NCBI GenBank assembly: GCA_014380515.1
Contig: JACMJS010000306.1
Span: 1 to 37,827 of the forward strand
Length of the DNA stretch: 37,827 nucleotides
Source of the DNA: Chlorobiales bacterium
Lineage (GTDB): Bacteria > Bacteroidota > Chlorobiia > Chlorobiales > JACMJS01
Direction of reading: 5' to 3'
The notes under the pieces were generated by a model. It ran no database searches. It saw only the letters and a list, made by a program, of their open reading frames with translations, and had not been told where the DNA came from. A program made the position numbers and the translations under genes. Shown here in pieces: positions 9,404 through 18,324 of this stretch; positions within the stretch are counted from its first letter, which is position 1, and each line of letters begins with the position of its first letter.

Positions 9404-11161
9404 TTGATCTCGATGCGCTATATCATCTGGCCTTCTCAAAGGCCACACACTTTCTTCTTGCCCCGCCATACTTTACTTGCCGCCACCGTTCTCATCACCG
9501 CTTCCCTGCTCTCCGGCTGCACTTCGGCACAGCGCACTTTATCCGCACCTCCGGCGCAAAGCGTTTCCGCCGCACCCGCAGCGATGGTCGATACTTTAGG
9601 ACTAGGGCAACCTGAATCGGCGGACGCCTCGAAAGCCAAACAGAAAATCGCCAAAACGGATAGCCTCCGAGACAAAGCCTTGCGGATTTCTTCCGATGCC
9701 ACCCGCCAGAAAGTCAGCAGCATCAACCGGCTCTATGCTTCCGCTACGAAACATATCAGCGCGATCAATATGCCCGCGTCCGATAGTTCCCGCGCGTTCG
9801 CCGAAGAAGATTTGGAAAAAGCCATCGATCTCATTTCGGAACTGATCGAGAAAACGGAACTCGGTGAAGACAGTTCGTTTCGCACGCTCGCGCAAAATGT
9901 GATTGAGACGTACGATACCCATATTCAAAAAATTGATGCGTTGGATAGCGATAGTCCCGCCCTCGCTGTCAGGGAGCGGCTTTTCGGCGATGCGAGTAAA
10001 ATCGTCGTCGATGAAAATGCGTTCAAAGGTATCGCGGTTCCCAAAACGCAAATCCCGCTTGAACTCAACAAGCAGGTCGAACAGTATATCACTTACTACA
10101 GCACCCGCGCCCGCGGCATCTTTCAGCGTTACTTAGACCGCTCGGAAATTTATTTCCCGACGCTAGAGAAAATCTTGGCCGAAGAGCAAATGCCGCCCGA
10201 AATGATTTACCTCTGCATTCTTGAAAGCGGCGTCAATCCTGCGGCCCGCAGCCGCGCCAATGCGTTGGGCATGTGGCAGTTCATGCGCGCCACCGGACGC
10301 TACTACGGCCTTGCTGGAAACCAATGGTTCGATGAGCGTCAGGATATTTTCAAAGCCACCCGCAGCTCGATGCGCCACCTCAAAGACCTCTACAAAACTT
10401 ACGGCGATTGGTACTTGGTGCTGGCTGCTTACAACAGCGGCGGCGGACGCGTCAACCGCGCGGTGCGCAAGTCAGGCACCAAAGATTTCTGGCAGATGTC
10501 CAAACACTTCCGCCGTGAGACGAATGAATACGTGCCGCGGTATATCGCCGTCGCCATCATTGCGATGTCGCCGGAAAAGTTCGGATTCGCGCCGCTGAAG
10601 ATGCGTCAGCCGATTACATGCGCGGAAGTCCCGATGCCCGCCTCCGTTTCCCTGCCGACGATTGCCCGTTACACCGGCCTCAACCTCGACACGCTGCGAT
10701 TTCTCAATCCCGAGTTGATTAAAGACATGACGCCGCCCGCCTACCGAGGCTACAAACTCCGCGTGCCGACGGACAAAGGCGAGGAAGTGGCGGCGCGGTT
10801 GGATTCGATTCCATTATCGGAACGGCAGCATTTTCTGGCGCACAAAGTTCGCAAAGGCGACGGCCTGACATCGATTGCGGCGAAGTATCGAACTTCCGTG
10901 CCGATGATTGTGGCGGTGAATGATCTCAAAGCGCGCACCGCACCCGTTGGCCGCGTCCTGATGATCCCGACCTCGCCCGAACAGGCCGCCGTTGCAACCT
11001 ACACGATGCGCGAACTTTCGGACGAAAACCAAGAGAAGCGCGGACGGCGCTCCCGCCGCTACCGCCGCTCGAAACGCAAATCCAAACATGGCAAAGCGGA
11101 CAAATCGAAAAAAGTCAAACTCGCTTCCGCCGCCCGTCCCGCGGCCTCCGGCACGCACTAA
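9404..11161 (+). CDS. mltD: MltD-like lytic transglycosylase lipoprotein (SLT + LysM)
   Basis: Lipobox-like LLSGC, catalytic ES motif (ILESG), GMWQFM, AAYNSG, ETNEYVPRY, LysM HKVRKGDGLTSIAAKY. Start may be ATG 9413. Confidence 0.88.
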   Translation: MISMRYIIWPSQRPHTFFLPRHTLLAATVLITASLLSGCTSAQRTLSAPPAQSVSAAPAAMVDTLGLGQPESADASKAKQKIAKTDSLRDKALRISSDATRQKVSSINRLYASATKHISAINMPASDSSRAFAEEDLEKAIDLISELIEKTELGEDSSFRTLAQNVIETYDTHIQKIDALDSDSPALAVRERLFGDASKIVVDENAFKGIAVPKTQIPLELNKQVEQYITYYSTRARGIFQRYLDRSEIYFPTLEKILAEEQMPPEMIYLCILESGVNPAARSRANALGMWQFMRATGRYYGLAGNQWFDERQDIFKATRSSMRHLKDLYKTYGDWYLVLAAYNSGGGRVNRAVRKSGTKDFWQMSKHFRRETNEYVPRYIAVAIIAMSPEKFGFAPLKMRQPITCAEVPMPASVSLPTIARYTGLNLDTLRFLNPELIKDMTPPAYRGYKLRVPTDKGEEVAARLDSIPLSERQHFLAHKVRKGDGLTSIAAKYRTSVPMIVAVNDLKARTAPVGRVLMIPTSPEQAAVATYTMRELSDENQEKRGRRSRRYRRSKRKSKHGKADKSKKVKLASAARPAASGTH

Positions 11162-11164
11162 AAA

Positions 11165-11226
11165 ATTGCGGATTGCCAGTTGCCAAAATTGCGAAGTGCG
11201 GACTGCGAATTCTGCAATCCCTAATT
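11165..11226. repeat. Degenerate heptamer repeat tract (TTGCGGA/TTGCCAG/ATTGCG-like)
   Basis: attgcggattgccagttgccaaaattgcgaagtgcggactgcgaatt followed by a partly complementary ctgcaatccctaatt. Confidence 0.4.
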
Positions 11227-11235
11227 CACACTTCG

Positions 11236-11378
11236 GGCCGTGTATTAAACATATGTTTTTATCTTCGGTGTCATTCTGAGTGTAGCGAAGAATCTGCATT
11301 TAATTCGAAGACGAATGCAGATTCTTCACTGCGTTTGTACTTCGTTCAGAATGACAAAACACAACTTGATACACGACC
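11236..11378. mobile_element. 143-bp MITE, probably IS1595-family derived
   Basis: TIRs GGCCGTGTATTAA (11236-11248) and revcomp GGTCGTGTATCAA (11366-11378), 11/13 match. Perfect 8-bp direct repeat ACACTTCG at 11228-11235 and 11379-11386. Confidence 0.75.
11269..11356. repeat. REP-like nested palindrome (TGTCATTCTGA...TCAGAATGACA) inside the MITE
   Basis: 11-bp perfect outer arms; 14-bp perfect inner arms GAAGAATCTGCATT (11287-11300) / AATGCAGATTCTTC (11314-11327). Confidence 0.8.
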
Positions 11379-11470
11379 ACACTTCGTCATTCTGCAATTT
11401 TTTGTGCCTTTTTTATTCGGGAATTTCGTCTCACATTCGTTTGAGGTTTTGAAGTTTCCATCGGCCTGTT

Positions 11471-13876
11471 ATGATCATTTCCGTGTTGCATCATTTTTTT
11501 TCCCATCGCCCGCTGCGCCGCGTCCTGCAAGGCATCGCCGTGATGATGCTCTTGACGCTTTCCGCCTGCGCGACGAGCGACGCCGGTTTTTTCGGCAAGG
11601 CGTATCATAATTTCACCGCGTATTTTAATTCCTACTACAACGCTCAGATTGAGTTCGACCGCGGCGTGAAAGCCATTGCGGCTTCGCAGCTCTACGGACG
11701 CACGTCGGTGCTCGGTATTTTCCCATCGATTGAAACCGCGGCTTCCGGCAAAGCAAATTTTGATTTGGTCATCAAAAAAACGGCGGATATTCTCAAAGCC
11801 CATCCGCAATCCGACATCGCCGACGACGCCCTGCTGCTGCTCGGCAAAGCCTACTATTACAACCGCGAGTTCCCGCTCGCCGAACGCAAGTTTCAGGAAA
11901 TTATTTCCAACTATCCCGATGGCGACCGGCTCGGTGAAGCCACTTTTTGGTATGGCCGCACGCTCGCCCAACAGCAAAGCCTTGCCGAAGCCCGCGAAGT
12001 TTTAGGCCGTGTGATCGCATCCTCCAAATCGGACAACGAGTCAAAATCGGACGCGCATTTTGCGCTGGCGGAACTGGCCATTCGCGCCGAGGAATACGCC
12101 GTCGCGGTAACGCAAATTCAGTTGGGGTTGCCGCTCACCTCAGACCGCGATCTCAAAGGCCGCGCCGCCTTCACGCTCGCCCGCATCTATGATTTGCTCG
12201 GCAATTACATCAATGCTGAAAAAACGTATCAGCAAGTCCTTGATCTCGATCCGCGCTACGAACTTCGATACGCCTCGCAAATCAATTACGCCGTCGACTT
12301 GCGCGAGCAAGGCCGCATCGATCAAAGCATCACGTATTTAAAAACGCTGCTCGCCGACGGCAAAAACATCGACCGCTTCGCCGAGATTCGTTATGAACTT
12401 TCGCTGTGCTACGAACGCCAAGATCGCATCGGACAAGCGATTGATCTTTACATCGAAATCATCCGCAAGCATCCGCGCACCGAACAATCGGCGCGAAGTT
12501 TTTACCGGCTCGGCACGATTCGTCAGGAAGTGAGTTTGGATTATGCCGGAGCGAAAGCGTTCTACGATAGCGCGCGCACCGAATACGCACAAGGCGAATT
12601 GGGCGCACTCTTTACAAAGTCGGCGGCGACAATGGAACGCATTCTCGACTTGCGTTACACGGTCTCGAACTTAGATAGCGTCATCGGTTTGGGTATTCGC
12701 ACGGATGTGCGTTCCGACACCGCCAAGCGCGTGGAAGTCGACAGTGTGCAATCTGCGGCTGAAAGCAATGTGCTCGTCCGCCGCACGCGAAAAGATTACC
12801 GCCGCAGTGTATTCTACGCGCTCGGCGGTACGGATGCGTTCAGCGAAACGACTGTGAAAGTCGTAACCGCTCAAGCGCGGCGCAGCTTTCCCGTCGCCCG
12901 CGATACGCTATCCTTCGTGGCGTATCAAAAGGAACTGATCGATAAAAAATTTGCGACGGGAAATTTTTATCACATCACGCTGCCGATTGAAGATTCCGCC
13001 GCTCTGTGGTATGAGCGAACGCTCGTCGAAATTCAGGCACGCCAACAGAGCGGCATCGATTCCAGTTTTCTCAGCAGCACGATGGAACTGACGCTGTTCT
13101 CGCTCGCCGACGTCTATCGTACGGAAAAGCAGGACGCGAAAGTGGATTCGCTCTACCGGCTGCTGTTGCAAGCTTATCCGGCGGGGCGTTATGTGAACCG
13201 GGTGCGGGCATATTACAACTTGCCGCCGCTCCGCACCGAAGATCGTGAGCCGGATAAACGGCTTTATCTCGAGGGACATGCGTTGATCTCCGGCAAGAAG
13301 TCGGAAGAAGCCGTCAAGCGGTTTGCAGAGTTGCTCGCACTCTATCCGCGTTCGCCGCTCGCCCCGAAAGCATTGCTCAGCCTCGGCTATGTGTATGAAA
13401 GCGTGCCCAACCGCTCCGATTCCGCAGTGGCTATTTACAAGCGGCTCAATGCCGCGTTTCCGAAATCGCCCGAAGCCGCATCGATTTCCGAGAAGATGGT
13501 TCAGATCGGTTTGTTCGAACGCCGCGCGAAAGCCGTTGCCGATTCCATCCGTTCGGATTCACTGGCGCGAGTGCCGAAACCAACGGCGGCGGATTCATTG
13601 AAGAATCTCAAGACAGTGAAACCAGATATGAAAGATTTGAAATCGCGTTCGAAACTTTCCGGAGCAACCGGGGATTCAGCCAAAGTGGCCGGACAAAGTT
13701 CGAAGGGTTCGAAGTCATCGCCGTCATCCGTGAAAGATTCGGCGCAGGCCGTGCCGCCGCGTCCGGCAACGGATTCCGCCGCATCGCCGAACGTACCTCC
13801 GAATGCGCAACCCAGTGTCCAACCGAAGAGGCCGCCGCGAAAATCGTTGAACGATTCACTTGATGTTGACAAGTAA
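11471..13876 (+). CDS. TPR-repeat lipoprotein (SprE/PorW- or BamD-like)
   Basis: Lipobox LSAC, YHNFTAYFNSYYNA, many TPRs (DDALLLLGKAYY, PKALLSLGYVYE), low-complexity C-terminal tail. Confidence 0.8.
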   Translation: MIISVLHHFFSHRPLRRVLQGIAVMMLLTLSACATSDAGFFGKAYHNFTAYFNSYYNAQIEFDRGVKAIAASQLYGRTSVLGIFPSIETAASGKANFDLVIKKTADILKAHPQSDIADDALLLLGKAYYYNREFPLAERKFQEIISNYPDGDRLGEATFWYGRTLAQQQSLAEAREVLGRVIASSKSDNESKSDAHFALAELAIRAEEYAVAVTQIQLGLPLTSDRDLKGRAAFTLARIYDLLGNYINAEKTYQQVLDLDPRYELRYASQINYAVDLREQGRIDQSITYLKTLLADGKNIDRFAEIRYELSLCYERQDRIGQAIDLYIEIIRKHPRTEQSARSFYRLGTIRQEVSLDYAGAKAFYDSARTEYAQGELGALFTKSAATMERILDLRYTVSNLDSVIGLGIRTDVRSDTAKRVEVDSVQSAAESNVLVRRTRKDYRRSVFYALGGTDAFSETTVKVVTAQARRSFPVARDTLSFVAYQKELIDKKFATGNFYHITLPIEDSAALWYERTLVEIQARQQSGIDSSFLSSTMELTLFSLADVYRTEKQDAKVDSLYRLLLQAYPAGRYVNRVRAYYNLPPLRTEDREPDKRLYLEGHALISGKKSEEAVKRFAELLALYPRSPLAPKALLSLGYVYESVPNRSDSAVAIYKRLNAAFPKSPEAASISEKMVQIGLFERRAKAVADSIRSDSLARVPKPTAADSLKNLKTVKPDMKDLKSRSKLSGATGDSAKVAGQSSKGSKSSPSSVKDSAQAVPPRPATDSAASPNVPPNAQPSVQPKRPPRKSLNDSLDVDK

Positions 13877-13891
13877 CTGTAGAAAATATCC

Positions 13892-14686
13892 ATGACGATG
13901 CAACCGCTTTACGACTTGCCTTTGACGGTCGTTGAAAATATCCGCTTGACTTCCGTAACCAACGTGCTGGTGCTGGACGCGCCGGTGATCGCGCCGGTAA
14001 TTCGGTCGGGACAGTTCGTCAATGTTAAAGTCAATGGCTTTCATCAACCGCTGCTGCGGCGTCCGCTCAGTGTTCACCGCGTGGTTGGCTCACAGATCGA
14101 AATAATGATTCGGATCGTCGGCATCGGTACGCAAATTCTTTACGATGCGCCGGTCGGGACGGCGTTGCAAACGCTCGCGCCGCTCGGCAATACGTTCGGC
14201 TACAACCGCGATGATTTCGATACGGCGTTGCTTGTTTCCGGCGGCATCGGCGTCGCTCCGATGGCGATGCTGGAGGAAACCCTTTTGAAGCGCGGCAAAA
14301 AAGTTGTGAACTTTATCGGCGCTCGCTCCGCACCGGACGTCATCACGCGCGGGCTGACAAACATTCATGCGGCGACGGACGATGGCTCGCTGGGATTCAA
14401 AGGCAACATCGTCCGGTTGCTCGCCGAGGAACTGCCGCAGTTCAACGGCGAACGGCTGCGCGTCTTTTCATGCGGACCGAACCGGATGCTGGAATCACTC
14501 GCGCAGTTTTGCAATGAGCGCGGGCTGCCCTGTGAAGTGTCGATTGAATCGATCATGGGTTGCGGCATCGGCATTTGTTACGGCTGTCCGGTGCGGGTGC
14601 GCGGTGAAGACGGCCTTGCGCACAATCAACTGCTTTGTCAATACGGCAGCGTGATCGATGCGAAAGAAATTATGTTCGAGGTTTGA
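13892..14686 (+). CDS. pyrK: Dihydroorotate dehydrogenase electron transfer subunit
   Basis: GQFV, LRRPLS, GGIGVAP, CGP, and 2Fe-2S motif MGCGIGICYGC...LLCQYG. Confidence 0.9.
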   Translation: MTMQPLYDLPLTVVENIRLTSVTNVLVLDAPVIAPVIRSGQFVNVKVNGFHQPLLRRPLSVHRVVGSQIEIMIRIVGIGTQILYDAPVGTALQTLAPLGNTFGYNRDDFDTALLVSGGIGVAPMAMLEETLLKRGKKVVNFIGARSAPDVITRGLTNIHAATDDGSLGFKGNIVRLLAEELPQFNGERLRVFSCGPNRMLESLAQFCNERGLPCEVSIESIMGCGIGICYGCPVRVRGEDGLAHNQLLCQYGSVIDAKEIMFEV

Positions 14687-14706
14687 TTGATTGTCGAATT
14701 GCCCTG

Positions 14707-14734
14707 TGTCATTCCTGACTTCGCAGGAATGACA
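14707..14734. repeat. Short GTCATTC-family palindrome
   Basis: TGTCATTCCTG-acttcg-CAGGAATGACA, perfect 11-bp arms with ends related to the 11269 element. Confidence 0.7.
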
Positions 14735-14764
14735 TGAACAACATGTAAAAGAGGTGGCCACAAT

Positions 14765-14798
14765 AAAAAAGCCGGAACACATTGTCCGGCTTTTTTTT
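14765..14798. terminator. Bidirectional rho-independent terminator
   Basis: AAAAAA-GCCGGA-acacattg-TCCGGC-TTTTTTTT between convergent pyrK and the FadL-like gene. Confidence 0.85.
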
Positions 14799-14818
14799 AT
14801 TTCAGTTCGTGCGGCTTC

Positions 14819-16306
14819 TCAGAAGCGGAAACTGGCGGTAACGACGACGTTGGTGGCCTTCACGCTTTCCGTAATCACGTCTGCGGTCGGATACGGACGC
14901 GACTCCAGAATTTGCGTGGTATAAAGATAGGCGACATCGATGGCGAAAGTTTTTCGGAAGAGCAATCCGGCACCGAGCGACAATGTTTTCCGCGCGTCGT
15001 TCAAATCCGTCCGCACCGAAGGCGTTGCGGAAGGCGCGGCGAGTTTAAATTTGTACGGTGAATTTTCAATGCTGTATCCCGCCCGAAGCCGCACCGGCGT
15101 TGCAGGTACACGCAGCTCGCCGCCGACCGCAAAATCCAGCGTCTGTTGAAAATCACTTTTGAAAAGGGCATTGACATCCGAAAGTTCCGAAGTGATGTAG
15201 CGTTGCTGCGTCCAATCCTTGAATGTAACATTGCCGGAAAGCGTCAGGAATAAAAACTCGTAGGAAAGGCCGCCGCTGAAAACGAAAGGCGTGGTGAGTT
15301 CATACTCGAATTCGCCGTCGTAGAAATTATTACTTGCATCGGTCGAGGAATCCGAAGTGCTGAACGATACGCCAAGCGACGAACTATATCTGTCTTTGAG
15401 CCGGAAGTAGGTCGGCGTCTCGACCGTCAGGCCGAAGCGCCATGCGTCGTCCAAGCGGTAGAGTAAACCGGCTTTGAGGTTGAAGCCGTTCACATCGCTT
15501 TCAATATCGTCTTTGAGCGTGAAGCTATTGAAGTTTGCATACACATTGCTGACGTCCTGTTCGCTGTAAGTGCGTGCGTAGGAGTAACGACCATTGATAA
15601 AGTTAAGCGTGGCGCCGAGAAACAAACTCGGTGCGGCCTCGAGTGCACCGGAGAGCACGAATGAATTCGTGCCGCCGTCCTCAAGCAGCTTCGATTGCTG
15701 TTGCACGTTGCCGGTGATGCGCGGGTCGATGTATCGAGGATTTGTACCGCCGTCTTCATTGAGCAGGAAAGCGTTGTAGGCAAGCGAGCCGTAATCCTGC
15801 AGGATAATTCCGTCGCTGCCGAACTGCGGTGTGAACTTTTGAAAGTAAGTATTGATGCTTCCCGACGAATTGAACGCATCGATATTCTGCGCGGTGTTGA
15901 AATTTTGCGAGCGGTTGTATCCGAAGGCGAAGACCAAACTGCCGCGGTAGGTCGGTACGGGCAAAACGAGGCCGAGACTGTTGAGCGCGGTTACAGGATT
16001 ATCGGCGGTAACCGTTTTGCCGAGGTAGGTCGCGTCCGAACCGGCGTTGAGGAAATTAAATCCGGCGTTGAACTCCAAGCGGCGCATCTGCGCAAGACCC
16101 GCCGGATTAAAAAAGACGGCGGAGTAGTCATCGGCGACGGCGGTATAAGCACCGCCCATCGCAAGAGCGCGAGCCGTGATGCCTTGTCCCTGCGTGCTGT
16201 AGCGAGTTGCATCCACTTCCGATTGGGCGCGGGCGGATTGCGGAATGATATTTTGGATCAATAAAAAAAAGAGCAGCAGTGAAATGGGGAAAGCAGATTT
16301 AATCAT
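14819..16306 (-). CDS. OmpP1/FadL-family outer-membrane beta-barrel transporter
   Basis: Signal peptide, ARALAMGGAYTAVADDYSAVFFNPAGLA, amphipathic beta-strands, C-terminal Phe. Confidence 0.85.
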   Translation of the reverse strand: MIKSAFPISLLLFFLLIQNIIPQSARAQSEVDATRYSTQGQGITARALAMGGAYTAVADDYSAVFFNPAGLAQMRRLEFNAGFNFLNAGSDATYLGKTVTADNPVTALNSLGLVLPVPTYRGSLVFAFGYNRSQNFNTAQNIDAFNSSGSINTYFQKFTPQFGSDGIILQDYGSLAYNAFLLNEDGGTNPRYIDPRITGNVQQQSKLLEDGGTNSFVLSGALEAAPSLFLGATLNFINGRYSYARTYSEQDVSNVYANFNSFTLKDDIESDVNGFNLKAGLLYRLDDAWRFGLTVETPTYFRLKDRYSSSLGVSFSTSDSSTDASNNFYDGEFEYELTTPFVFSGGLSYEFLFLTLSGNVTFKDWTQQRYITSELSDVNALFKSDFQQTLDFAVGGELRVPATPVRLRAGYSIENSPYKFKLAAPSATPSVRTDLNDARKTLSLGAGLLFRKTFAIDVAYLYTTQILESRPYPTADVITESVKATNVVVTASFRF

Positions 16307-16380
16307 CGGAGAAATAATGGTTGCTAAAAGTTATGCGTGAGTTATGAATCGCGGATCGTTCGATGCTTCAAAAAAAATTT

Positions 16381-17127
16381 TCAGCGTGAGCGCGGTGAAC
16401 TGCGTTTTTCTTCGGTGTTCGTGTTACCGTTGTTGCCACTGTTTGTAGTCGTGCCGCTCGTGCTATCGCGCGAACGGGTTTCGCCGCCGCCCGATGTGCC
16501 GGTTGAAGATTCTTTTCGCGTTGTGCTTGAGCCGGTCGAACCGGATGATTCTGCCGGTCGTGCGGCAGGCGTTGCCGTGGTTGTGCTCGGCGTGCTTACG
16601 GGTGCCGGACTGTAGACGCCGGTGGCTGCGGGGTTTCTAAACGCGCCCATCCCGCGCCGAAAACTTTGCCGTGCGCGAACGCTGCCGTTCGCAGAGCCAG
16701 CGGAAGATAAATCAGGACCGCCGCCCGCTGCTGCACTGTTTGCACCGGTAGCGAGGCTGTAACCATCAAACCACCATGGATAGTAGTAGTAATAATCATA
16801 GTCCGAACCGGCGTAGTTTGAAAGTCCCTTGAACTCCGTCGCGGTTGCCGTGGCCACGCGGTCGTAACTCGTCGTGCGTTTTTCCGCCGCGCGGGCGTAG
16901 CCTTCGTATTTGTTCGCCATTTTCTCGTGGCAACTTTTGCAATCGGAGACGGGCGAGACTTCTTCGAACACAAATTTGCCCGTCGGTTCGTCGCGTACCT
17001 CGACCTCAGGATGATCGAGCACCGTGAAACTGCCGCAGCCGGATACAGCCACCGAGACGGCAAAGATGGCCGCCGATCCGATCATCACCGACAAATGTTT
17101 GAAGCCATATATCAATTTATTTTTCAT
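16381..17127 (-). CDS. Hypothetical lipoprotein with a single CxxCH motif and Ser/Thr/Gly-rich tail
   Basis: Lipobox VSGC, CKSCH at 16927-16941, YDYYYYYPWW, disordered C-terminus. Start could be 17145. Confidence 0.75.
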   Translation of the reverse strand: MKNKLIYGFKHLSVMIGSAAIFAVSVAVSGCGSFTVLDHPEVEVRDEPTGKFVFEEVSPVSDCKSCHEKMANKYEGYARAAEKRTTSYDRVATATATEFKGLSNYAGSDYDYYYYYPWWFDGYSLATGANSAAAGGGPDLSSAGSANGSVRARQSFRRGMGAFRNPAATGVYSPAPVSTPSTTTATPAARPAESSGSTGSSTTRKESSTGTSGGGETRSRDSTSGTTTNSGNNGNTNTEEKRSSPRSR

Positions 17128-17160
17128 ATCAACTTTACGTTTCATAAGTGCTTCGAGAGA

Positions 17161-18144
17161 TTAACGCCCGCGTGTTGATCCGCCGCGGTTGCCGCCGTTC
17201 GAATTTCCTGAACCGCTTGAACTTGAAGAACTGCTCCGGTTGCCTCCGCCGCGATTCCCGCCCTGACCGCCTTCGCTGCGGCGCGGGGCGTTATATACCG
17301 GCGCGCTGCGTTGCGATTCACGCTGCGGACGCGCTTCGTAAGTTGACCGTTCATTGCTCTGGCGTCCTGCCTCGATAGGCCGCCGTTCTCTCTGGGCGGG
17401 TCGCTGATACGACGCGGGTGAGCCTTCGCCGCGCGTGCGTGAACCTGATACACCGGCGGCATTGTTGGTCGTGCGGCTGCGGGAATAAATTACCGGTTGG
17501 TCTGTTTCTTCATACACACTGCGGCTTCGCGTGCCGACGATGCCGCCGCGCGTCGCCCCGAATGTGCGAGGTCTGAATAATCCCGACCTGGCCGGCGTGC
17601 TGCCCCAGCCACCATAACCACCGTATCCGTAACCGCCATAGCCGCTGCCGTAGTAAGGCCAGCCATAACCGCTGTATCCATAGTAGCTGTTGCCGTAAGG
17701 TCCATATCCGTTGTTCCAGTTGTCCCAATAACCGTATCCGCCGTTGTAGCCCCAACGATCCCAGCGGTTAAATCCGAAACCATAACTGCCGAAACCGAAA
17801 CCAAGTGAAAGTCCGGGCTGACCGAAGAACGGATCGTAGTCGCCGCCTGAATTATCCGGCGTGTCGAAGTACTGCGCGTAAGGCTGATCGTAGTACTCAT
17901 CAACGATCACGGTCTCGCCCGCAACGGTTGTGTCAATGGCGACTGGCGACGGGCGGCGTTTTGAATACTTGGGTTTGGATTCCTCGGTGTATTCATCGTC
18001 CCAACTATCACGGTAGCGGCGCGGACTTTCATCGACCATTTGCGTGTAGCAACCTGAAAGCACGGTTGCTCCGACAAGCACGGTGAAAATCATTGGCAAC
18101 AGCGGTGCGACTTTTCGAATCATTGTTTTGAGCGTCGTCTTCAT
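17161..18144 (-). CDS. Hypothetical Gly/Tyr/Trp-rich lipoprotein
   Basis: Lipobox LSGC(YTQM), long GY/GW-rich tract, Arg/Ser/Gly-rich tail. Confidence 0.8.
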   Translation of the reverse strand: MKTTLKTMIRKVAPLLPMIFTVLVGATVLSGCYTQMVDESPRRYRDSWDDEYTEESKPKYSKRRPSPVAIDTTVAGETVIVDEYYDQPYAQYFDTPDNSGGDYDPFFGQPGLSLGFGFGSYGFGFNRWDRWGYNGGYGYWDNWNNGYGPYGNSYYGYSGYGWPYYGSGYGGYGYGGYGGWGSTPARSGLFRPRTFGATRGGIVGTRSRSVYEETDQPVIYSRSRTTNNAAGVSGSRTRGEGSPASYQRPAQRERRPIEAGRQSNERSTYEARPQRESQRSAPVYNAPRRSEGGQGGNRGGGNRSSSSSSSGSGNSNGGNRGGSTRGR

Positions 18145-18324
18145 GGTATCCTACAAAGTTGCGTAATGAAAAAAAATCTTCAGAGGAGCAATTTTAATTA
18201 CTCGTTCAACACGCGCCGCAAGGTGATTCGTTCGCGGTCGGCAGCGGAACTTCGAGAGAAACCTAACACTTCCCCGCTCAAAATCAAGTGCCGCTTTATG
18301 TATCCACCTTCAATGTATCCCTCA

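Noticed and set aside
11030-11161. Arg/Lys-rich C-terminal tail of MltD
   Set aside because: Basic low-complexity tails are common in LysM transglycosylases.
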